Shown: positions 54,092 through 64,000 of the stretch, piece after piece
Position numbering within the stretch: the first letter of the stretch is position 1
How the letters are laid out: each line of letters opens with the position of its first letter
Source of the DNA: Octopus vulgaris
Lineage: Eukaryota
Assembly (NCBI GenBank): GCA_951406725.2
Contig: OX597826.1
Location: forward strand, 11,346,001 to 11,410,000
Direction: 5' to 3'
Length of the DNA: 64,000 bases
Notes under the pieces: model-generated
What the model saw: the letters and a program-made list of their open reading frames with translations, nothing else
The model's database searches: none
What the model was told of the DNA's origin: nothing
Program-made: the position numbers and the translations under genes

Positions 54092-54125
<34 letters not shown>

Positions 54126-54141
54126 TTTACATACATGTATC

Positions 54142-54180
<39 letters not shown>

Positions 54181-54574
54181 AAGTGTATGTGTATATGTAT
54201 GTGTGAGTGAACGTGTGTGTAGATCTGAACTCTTCATACTTGTAATAACCAATTACACTCATTAAAGCCTGAATTATTGAGAGTTAAATAAACGCAATCC
54301 CTTGCAATCCAGTACATTGTGAGTGACAAGATGGCTAACTTCTCTCCGGCGGTTACGCAGGCGGCTAATCGATTCAGCCAACTCTAGATCTTTCGTATCG
54401 GAATCGCATGTTACTTCGCACTTAAACGCTAGAAATTTCTGGAAGGGATTCTGGACATGAAAATGTTTGGTTAAAACTGATTCCATATTCAAATATAACC
54501 AAACTCTTTGAATTTGATTGTTGAGCTTCCTCTAGAAATTGGTTTTTATTATATCTGTTATATTTTTTATCTTC

Positions 54575-54781
54575 ATTTACTTGTTTCAGTCACTGGACTG
54601 CGGCTATGCTGGGTCACTGCCTTGAAATGTTTAGTCAAACAAACCCCGCTCTCTCCTTCACTTCGGTTTTTAAAGGTTTGGTAGTGGTTCTAGTGGTCTC
54701 GTTTGCAGAACTGCTAAGTTATGAGGACATAAACAAACAAACACCGGTTGGTAAGCGGTGGGACAGGGGCAACACAAAGAT

Positions 54782-54835
<54 letters not shown>

Positions 54836-54995
54836 TTATACGACGAATTTCCATTCAGTTTCTGCCTATCAAATTCACTTATAAAGTATTGGTTGACCTG
54901 GGGCTATAGTAGCTGACACTTGCCCAAGAGACCGTGCGACAGAACTGAACCCGAAACTATGTGGCTGTGAAGTGAGCTACTTTACCATACGGCCA
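54575..54995 (-). mobile_element. SINE family A, diverged
   Basis: Family A match. Confidence 0.78.
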
Positions 54996-55002
54996 TTCTC
55001 TT

Positions 55003-55034
<32 letters not shown>

Positions 55035-55661
55035 ATGTAAGAAATAACTAATACTGATTTTTGAAAAATACCATTTGTTAACCACTGCCTTAAACATCTG
55101 AATGGTCATTTACTTATTGTTTCTCATGCAGAAGACAGCTCTCACTAATTGATTCTTGTAATTTATATTTTTTAATATAAATTACTATTACTATACATAT
55201 TACATATGTATAATACAATCTATCTGTTTATTGATTTCTATCATCGCTGTTTCAGCAATTACCGGCAAGACTGTACTTCGCCGATGTAATCAAATAAGAC
55301 AGAAATATGCCGGAAGTTGTCTCTCAATCATTCCGAAATGATTCAGATAATATTTATCATTGAACTGATGGTCGTTTCCTCGCTACATAACTAATTCTAA
55401 TTAGATTCATGAAGCGTGCTACATTAAAAGTGTTAAAAATGTTAACACTTCTTCAATATATATATTGCTGATACTCTCATACTGTTCGTACGATATTCTG
55501 TTACATTCCAGTGGACAGATAAGCATTTATTTAATCATTTCAATGTTTTAAGTAACTCTCCATAATTCTACTAGGCGCAGCTATACAACTGAAGACGTGA
55601 CCTGAATGTAATAATTCACTGAAGTGATTTCCAGTTGCTCTCGAGGTTCATGACACAAGAC

Positions 55662-56632
55662 ATTTCTTTACTACCCACAAGGGACTAAACACAGAGAGGA
55701 CAAACAAGGACAGACAAACGGATTAAGTCGATTAAATCGACCCCAGTGCGTAACTGGTACTTAATTTATCGACCTCAAAAGGGATGAAAGGCAAAGACAA
55801 CCTCGGTAGAATTAGAACTCAGAACTTAAAGACAGACGAAATACCTATTTCTTTACTACCCACAAGGGGCTAAACATAGAGAGGACAAACAAGAACAGAC
55901 AAACGGATTAAGTTGATTATATCGACCCCAGTGCGTAACTGGTACTTAATTTATCGACCTCAAAAGGGATGAAAGGCCAAAGACAACCTCGGTAGAATTA
56001 GAACTCAGAACTTAAAGACAGACGAAATACCTATTTCTTTACTACCCACAAGGGGCTAAACATAGAGAGGACAAACAAGAACAGACAAACGGATTAATTT
56101 GATTATATCGACCCCAGTGCGTAACTGGTACTTAATTTATCGACCTCAAAAGGAATGAAAGCCAAAGACAACCTCGGTAGAATTAGAACTCAGAACTTAA
56201 AGACAGACGAAATACCTATTTCTTTACTACCCACAAGGGGCTAAACATAGAGAGGACAAACAAGAACAGACAAACGGATTAATTTGATTATATCGACCCC
56301 AGTGCGTAACTGGTACTTAATTTATCGACCTCAAAAGGAATGAAAGCCAAAGACAACCTCGGTAGAATTAGAACTCAGAACTTAAAGACAGACGAAATAC
56401 CTATTTCTTTACTACCCACAAGGGGCTAAACACAGAGAGGACAAACAAGGACAGACAAACGGATTAAGTCGATTACATCGACCCCAGTGCGTAACTGGTA
56501 CTTAATTTATCGACCTCGAAAGGATGAAAGGCAAAGTCAACCTCGGCGGAATTTGAACCCAGAACGTAACGGCAGCCGAAATACGGCTACGCATTTCGCC
56601 CGGCGTGATAACGTTTCTGCTAGCTCGCCGCC
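55662..56632 (-). mobile_element. SINE family B tandem array, 5 units of 184-186 bp
   Basis: GAAATAC recurs at 55838, 56024, 56209, 56394 and 56578. Confidence 0.93.
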
Positions 56633-57784
56633 TCACTCGCTAAATATATAGTGATCCTGTTGCCTTCAGTGATGTAACAGAACACAGTATTACACCCGAA
56701 TGGACAGGAACATGGAAAACAATGACCTTTTGTTGAAGATATATAGTGAACATTATGAAGAGTAAACAAATCACTGTCTACTTTCAGAAACTTATGTCTA
56801 ATGCAAACAGCTGACAATATATCCATTTTGGTTGCTTTCAACCGGTATATAACGTATTAGTTTTTTTAAAGTCTTATTCCCAGCAACAAACATTTTTATA
56901 TCCAATTGCCATAATCCATTCTCCGTACCCAAATCCATATCAAATTGTTAAGTTGATACCCAATTACTTATCTGACATAAAATTAATAACCTCTTATCCT
57001 GGTAATAATTTGATATTCAATTGCCTACTTCATATCCATTGAATATTTAACTAGATTCATCATCGTTAGCATGATATATTGTAATTTCAATAAATGCTTC
57101 CTTCTCTAAATTACTGCCTATCAATATATTTAAATTTACATTAACGATTTCCTCCTTAACACTAATCTTTCGACTCGTTGTCGCGCTGATATTTTCATTC
57201 CACAGCTGTCTGCTCACAGAACCCAAACATCTGTTGTACTCCTTAAAACTAATTCATAAATGTTAATGCGTAAATATTTATCAAACAACGACCCGCATAT
57301 CTTCGAATTCATTTCAGCCTCGGATCTCGTTACTTGAATATTCTATAAAAGACGGGGTCATAGGGGTTTCAGTAAGAGTCACAGCTTGCAGGCTTTCCTA
57401 AGGTATAAACAGAGACAGTTAATTCACAATAACCGAGTGATTCTTTCGAGTTAAAAGAGTATGTTTGTGTCGTTGTTGTTGCTTAGCTCCAGATCGGCCA
57501 CGATAGAACAAATACAAAGATTAAAACCAACACAGGCGTCAAAATTTTTTTTCTCAGACATAGTATACTCCACACAGATTGCCCAATATGTCCGCCGTGT
57601 TTTCAATCTAACAACATGTAATTTGAAGGATATTTGGTTTTTGCCTATAACAGGTTAATGACCACAGGGGTTGCTTTATTGGATCGATCCAAGGTTATTT
57701 CAAGGAATAATTCAATCCTTCGAGTTTACCGGAGCGATATATAACTAATAAATGTTTGCTGCGCTCACTCATTTGGAGCAGATA

Positions 57785-58200
57785 TGAGGGTCGGTTGAAA
57801 AGATACCGTCACAGAATATGACCTCCCCCCTTGCGGTCTACATTCTTCTTCCATCAGTGTTACAGTGCTTGGATCCCATTGGTAAAGAGCATTCATCCTG
57901 TTGGTCAAAAAAGTCACTAACAGCAGGATGTGACGTCATCATTACTGCGACACTGCTTCTCAGCCAAGTGTTTTTTCATGTTGGGGGAACAAATGATGGT
58001 GAGAAGAGGTCAAAACCAGGAAAATAGGGAGCGTGATCAACGACCTCCAAGCCACAATCATACACAATAGCCATCGAAACAAAGGACTTTTGTGGTGGTA
58101 CATTGTCCTGATAAAACAAGACTCTAAGACTCTATTCGTCAGTTTTCCTGGGCGTTTGGTCTTGAAAGTCTTGTGTTACTGTCTCAGGAAACTTGCATAG
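57785..58200 (-). mobile_element. Mariner 3' fragment, third family
   Basis: VLFYQDNVPP...DHAPY...FPNMKKHL...GIQAL; terminus TGAGGGTCGGTTGAAAAG. Confidence 0.8.
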
Positions 58201-59101
58201 TAATTGAACAAGAATTAAACTATATATTTTAACTGAAAATTTCAAGAAATAAAATAGTAATACATTGTACTTGCAAACGTTATTGTAAAGAAATTACATC
58301 GTACAACGAACGTGTGCCAGACTTTGTGGATTATCTATGATATTTATTGAACATGAACTTTGCCCTTAGCTCTATTATTCTGAACTGATCGATGAATTCG
58401 CAAAGCGAAATTGTGCCGCGTTTGTCTTTGAAAGTTGCCTGGATTATAAAAAATGGTCTTTTATTCATATCTGGACGTTTTACTTATTGAAATTTGTAAT
58501 AGACCTAAATAAATTTAACTTGTACTTTTAAAGATGTTCCTTAGGGTAATGTGAAAAATTGAATTTCAGCTAGATTAAAGTAAAATATAGCTATGAATAA
58601 AAAGGTGCATAGGTTATGAATTTTAATTGAAGGGATGGGGCCTCGAAACAAGAAGTTGCAGGAGGCCTCTAAAAGTCATGCGACGGAGCTGATTCTCCGA
58701 CATTTGCTCTTTATGTGGTAGCCAGTAATACAAAATATAGTATTGACTACACCTATACTAGAAGCAGAGTTGCAGGTGAAATATTACGAGGAGCTCAACT
58801 CAACAGTTGCAGTCATACATCTACTGCACACGCATATACACAAGATATCTCATAAATGTATATTCGTATGTATTTGTATGTGCGTGCAAATGTGTATACA
58901 TTTACACGTTTTTACTGTTTTATTTATTTAGCGCTTGAAATGCAACCGTGCAGGACATCATAAGCAAAGAATTTAGTTTATTTCAGTATGGCACTAATTT
59001 GAATGATCTCAATAAAAAAAGGTGTTACTGTCTTCGACCTGAAGGAAAGCAATATCCAGCTTACGCCTGTAAATATAAAGGCAAAAGCAAGATAATACTA
59101 T

Positions 59102-59370
59102 AGGCGCAGGCGTAGCTATGTGGTAAGAATATTGCTTCCAAACCACATGGTTCACGTATTCAGTCCCACGTGGCACCTTGGGCAAGTATATTCTACTATA
59201 ATCTCGGACCGATCAAACTTAGCGGTTCGTCAAAAGAAGCAGATAGAATAAGTACCAGGCTTAAAAAATAAGCCCTGGAATCGATTTGTTCGACTAAAAA
59301 CCTTCAAGTCAGTGCCCCAGCATGGCCGTAGTCAAATGACTGAAAGAAGTAAAAGATAAAAGATAAAAGA
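59102..59370 (+). mobile_element. SINE family A with central deletion
   Basis: Head joined directly to ACTTAGCGGTTCG. Confidence 0.8.
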
Positions 59371-59495
59371 CCCTATCTAACACAAAACACTGAACGTACA
59401 CCTGTTTAGTAATTACTCTTTGCAGTTTTGACTCTTTTAAGTACAGTTCTGCATGTAAGTCACGACAATATGTCAGTCTTCTCTCGTATATGTCT

Positions 59496-60087
59496 TATTT
59501 CTTTATTGCCCACAAGGGGCTAAACATAGAGAGGACAAACAAGGACAGACGAAGAGATTAAGTCGATTACATCGACCCCAGTGCGCAACTGGTACTTAAT
59601 TTATCGACCCCGAAAGGATCAAAGGCAAAGTTGACCTCGGCGGAATTTGAACTCAGAACGTAACGGCAGACGAAATACCTATTTCTGTACTACCCACAAG
59701 GGGCTAAACACAGGGAGGACAAACAAGGAAAGACAAACAGATTAAGTCGATTATATCGACCTCAGTGTATAACTGGTACTTAATTCATCGATCCCGAAAG
59801 GATGAAAGTCGACCTCGGCGGAATGTGAACTCAGAACATAACTGCAGACGAAATACCTATTTCTTTACTACCCACAAGGGGCTAAACACAGAGAGGACAA
59901 ACAAGGACAGACACACAGATTAAGCCGATTATATCGACCCCAGTGCGTAACTGGTACTTATTTAATCGACCCCGAAAGGATGAAAGGCAAAGTCGACCTC
60001 GGCGGAATTTGAGCTCACAACGTAATGCAGACGAAATACCGCAAAGCATTTCGCCCGGCGTGCTAACGTTTCTGCCAGCTCACCGCT
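59496..60087 (-). mobile_element. SINE family B tandem array, 3 units
   Basis: GAAATACC at 59672, 59850 and 60033; TSD-like TCTCGTATA..TCT at 59482-59495 and 60092-60105. Confidence 0.9.
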
Positions 60088-60662
60088 TTTATCTCGTATA
60101 CTTCTGTCTACACTCAGACAATGCTTGCTATATTATTGTCTACATAATACAGAATACAACATCTTTGTAGTTCTAATATATCTACTATATCATCGTATTT
60201 GTACACAGATCCTTTGTCTGCTGCAAGTGTAACATTACATATTATCTCGTCTATTATTCTATTTATACTCTTGCCCATAACACTGTCGTACGTGTATGCT
60301 ACATCTTGCAATCTATTTCATTGTTAGATCTGTACTTGTCAACAATCCTCCTGATTTATATCTTTATCATTGTATAAATGTATACTACAGTGCTATAGTT
60401 ATTTTATTCTCCAGTCAAATATCATATCTTCATTACTTTCTGCTATATACATCAATTATATTGCTATGCTAATGCCTCATAATTGTCTCTCTATTACTGT
60501 CCCCTGTCAACTTGACTATCCGTCTATAAAACTACGTCAACGTAATCTCATCGTATTATCAACCATCTACTTCTTTGTTGTCTGTATATTTTCTTGCACC
60601 TATACTATATTTGCCACAGCTTGGTAATTTTTACACACACACACATCTATACATTTGACATA

Positions 60663-60713
<51 letters not shown>

Positions 60714-60931
60714 ATATGTATGTATATATATGTATATATATATATGTATGTATATATATATTTGTATATATATATATGTATGTATATATATATATATGTA
60801 TGCGTGTATATATATATATTTATGTATATATACATATGTATGTATATATATATATATATATGTATATATATGTATATATATATGTGTATGTGTATATGTA
60901 TATATATATGTATGCATGTATATATACACGC

Positions 60932-60990
<59 letters not shown>

Positions 60991-61095
60991 CAGGGTGATT
61001 CAAAAGTTGGCATACATAAGAACAATTTTATTTAACTGTTTCTTTTTAAAAAATATCGATTTTTCCTATGTATGCTGACTATTTGATACACCCTG
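60991..61095. mobile_element. Tc1/mariner-type MITE, 105 bp
   Basis: About 28 bp imperfect TIRs CAGGGTG...GCATACATA; TA on both flanks. Confidence 0.85.
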
Positions 61096-61104
61096 TATAT
61101 ATAG

Positions 61105-61432
61105 GAGCAATGCGTCGGTTACGACGACGAGGGTCCCAGCTGATCCGATCAACAGAACAGCTTTATCGTGAAATTAACGTGCAAGTGGCTGAGCATTCCA
61201 CAGACACGTGTACCCTCAACGTAGTTCTCAGGGAGATTCAGCGTAATACAAAGTGTGACAAGGCTGACCCTTTGAAATACAGGTACTACTCATTTTTGCC
61301 AGCTGAGTGGACTGGAGCAACGTGAAATAAAGCGACTTGCTCAAGGACACAACGTGTATCGCCGGGAATTGAACTCACCCCCTTGCGATCGTGAGCCGAA
61401 TGCCCCTAACTACTAAGCTACGCGCCTTCACA
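61105..61432 (-). mobile_element. SINE family D with tail 2
   Basis: Family D head and body; tail shared with 21951-22182. Confidence 0.82.
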
Positions 61433-61577
61433 CACTCACACACACAAGACACACAGACACACACACATATACACGTACATACACACACACACACATATAT
61501 ATATATGTATACACACACAAATATATTTATATATACATATATGTGTGTATATTTATATAGCCTAGTGATTGGATTTG

Positions 61578-61614
<37 letters not shown>

Positions 61615-61631
61615 GTGTGTGTGTGTGTGTG

Positions 61632-61726
<95 letters not shown>

Positions 61727-61730
61727 CAAC

Positions 61731-62775
61731 TCCCCGTAAACAACTACTTTGGTAATCTGTCAATCTGCATCCTAGCAGGGTGGCCATCCCAACGCATCTG
61801 ATTGCGTATGAGGATCATTTCAATACTGGATGTGTTAGCTTGCTAAAGAACAACGGCGTCTTGTGTTAAATATTTCCATTTGATGTCTATTATCCTCTTA
61901 AGGCAAGTCTGATGGAATCTTTCTAAAGCCTTGATGTGGCGCCGATATGTCATCCAGGTCTCAGAGGAGTACAGGAGGACCGTTAAAATGCAAGATTCAT
62001 AGATACTAAGCTTGGCTTTGAAGAGAATACCTCTATCAAGCCACACACCATTTTCAAGTATTCCAAAAGCTTTGCTGGCTTTTTCAGTTCTCAGGTTTAT
62101 TTCAGAATCAAGGGATCCATCTCTAGAGAGAGTGCTGACAAAGTAGATGAACGAGTCAACTAAATCTGATCTTGTACCCTGGACAAAGATGTTAGGTTCC
62201 ACATAGGGTTGGCCTGGTGGCTGAGAGAACATGATCTTGTTTTCTTTAAACTGATGGTAAGTCCAAAAGCAATACAAGCTCTAGAGAAGAGATCCAGTAT
62301 AGCCTGTATGTCCTCCTTGGTGTGAGCTGCAAGAACTACATCATCAGCATAAAGGAGCTCTCGAACAAAGGCCAAGAATGTCTTCGACTTTACATTAAAA
62401 TGTTTAGCATCAAAGACCTTACCTGTGGTTCTGAAGTGAATATAGACGCCAATATCACAGTCTTGGAAAGAGTGCAAGATAGTTACAGCAAATTATATGG
62501 AAAGAGTGTTGGAGTAGCAATATCACCTTGTATAACTCCGTTATCGATGGAAATTGGTTGAGATAGAGACCCATTGAAGTTAAGACGAGCTTTCATATCA
62601 TTATGAAGTTGCTTAAACAAGTTGACAAATTGAGGTGGACATCCGAGTTTACCAAGAATGGTCTAGAGAACGGTCCTATTAACAGTGCCGAAGGCTTTTG
62701 GTAAATCGACAAATACCTGGTAAAGAGTTATGTGATGTTCGATGCATTTCTCTTGGAGTTGACGAGCAGAAAATA
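61731..62775 (-). mobile_element. RTE/BovB-clade LINE RT fragment
   Basis: FVDLPKAF, GVIQG, RELLYADD, FGLTISLKKT, LLYSSETW, LERFHQTCL. Confidence 0.92.
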
Positions 62776-62784
62776 AATACATAC

Positions 62785-63500
62785 ACTGGGTTGGCCTACA
62801 AGTCCGTTCGGTTTTTGCCGATACTAAGATTCAGGCATTCTAATAAGTAGCCAACTTCAGTCGTACCCTGCGCATGTGCATTCTTTGGATCTTGACACTT
62901 GTGACGACATAGGTTGTATTTTGTGTACTTGAGATCATCCTGGAATTAGAGACCCAAAACGAACATTATCAATACCTCATGCGTTTTTATTTAAAAAATA
63001 GGCAAGAGAGCAGCAGGAACCTGCAGGAAGATATGTGCTGTGTACGAATAGGACACTGCACGAAAAGATTTTGCCAAAAGTGGTATTCAAGATTTCAAGG
63101 CGGCGAGCTGGCAGAATCGTTAGCGCGCCGGGTGAAATGCGTAGCCGTATTTCGTCTGCCGTTACGTTCTGAGTTCAAACTCCACCGAGGTCAACTTTCA
63201 GGTTCGATAAATTAAGTACCAGTTACGCACTGGAGTCGATGTAATCGACTTATTCCGTTTGCCTGTCCGTGTTTGTCCCCTCTGTTTTTAACCCCTTGTG
63301 GGTAGTAAAGAAATAGGTATTCAAGATTTCGATCGGGGAATTTTTCGATTCTAGGTGTATCTCGCTCTGGCCGGCCAACAGAATTCAACAGCGAGTAGGA
63401 TGGTCGAAGATATTCCTCAAATATCTAAACTGCGTGTTGAAAACCATCTGCATCAGCTTGGCTACGTCAGCAGTCTCGATGTTCGGGTTGTACATTAATT
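62785..63500 (+). mobile_element. Mariner 5' fragment interrupted by a SINE
   Basis: TGGGTTGGCCTACAAGTCCGTTCGGTTTTT terminus; EHYQYLMRFY...CQKWYSRF [SINE] RSGNFS...RSGRP. Confidence 0.72.
63099..63315 (+). mobile_element. SINE family B with 15 bp TSD
   Basis: GGTATTCAAGATTTC at 63082-63096 and 63316-63330. Confidence 0.9.
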
Positions 63501-63822
63501 GAATCTACTTCATTCTTTTATTTTCTTTGTCACAGTTATATCTATCAAGCTATGTTTTACTTTAACCGTTTAGCACTTAAACCGACCGAATCCAGCCCGA
63601 ATAATTTACATATTTCATTTTCAAACCAGCGAGATATGGCCTTTCACGTTTAACCTGCAATGTAGTTCTAAAGATAAGCAATTGCACAATCGAAATTCCA
63701 AAGTTACAATGGACAGAATAATTTGAATGCTAAAGAGTTAATCTTGTATCTACACTGCCGGTTACTTCATTATTGAATATTACTGATTCCTGCTATTTTT
63801 ATACTACTATCTATAGCTGTGT

Positions 63823-64000
63823 GTGTGAAGGCGCATGGTTAAGTGGTTAAGGTATTCCACTCGCTATTGTAAGGTGATGAGTTCAATTCCTAGCGACGCG
63901 TTGTGTCTTTGAGCAAAACATTTTATTCCACGTTGCTCCAGTCCACTCAGCTAGCAAACACGAGTAGTACCTGTATGTCAAAGGGCCAGCCTTGTTACTT
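63823..64000 (+). mobile_element. SINE family D with tail 2, cut by the window end
   Basis: Family D head and CACGTTGCTCCAGTCCACTCAGCT body. Confidence 0.8.

Noticed and set aside
55662-56632. CRISPR-like array
   Set aside because: Units are contiguous SINE bodies with no unique spacers, in eukaryotic DNA.

Overview
AT-rich, microsatellite-saturated animal genomic DNA. The tRNA-headed SINE families and repeat style suggest an octopus/cephalopod genome (inference, not verified). I see no intact protein-coding gene. Nearly all ORFs in the track are microsatellite artefacts or decayed transposon frames. The window is intronic or intergenic and is built from four tRNA-headed SINE families (A-D), R4/Dong, RTE and Penelope-like (PLE) retroelement fragments, mariner/Tc1/Chapaev3 DNA transposons, Helitrons and MITEs. 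Two small candidate exons lie on opposite strands. The main unexplained signal is RNA structure. At least nine hammerhead-ribozyme motifs sit in short, mostly (TA)n-adjacent elements. One family (13.2 kb and 27.8 kb) has its three catalytic strands in reversed, non-circularly permuted order. Four separate SINE-B tandem arrays share one exact self-complementary junction (GAAATA-GG-TATTTC). All structures were paired by eye; none was computed or tested.
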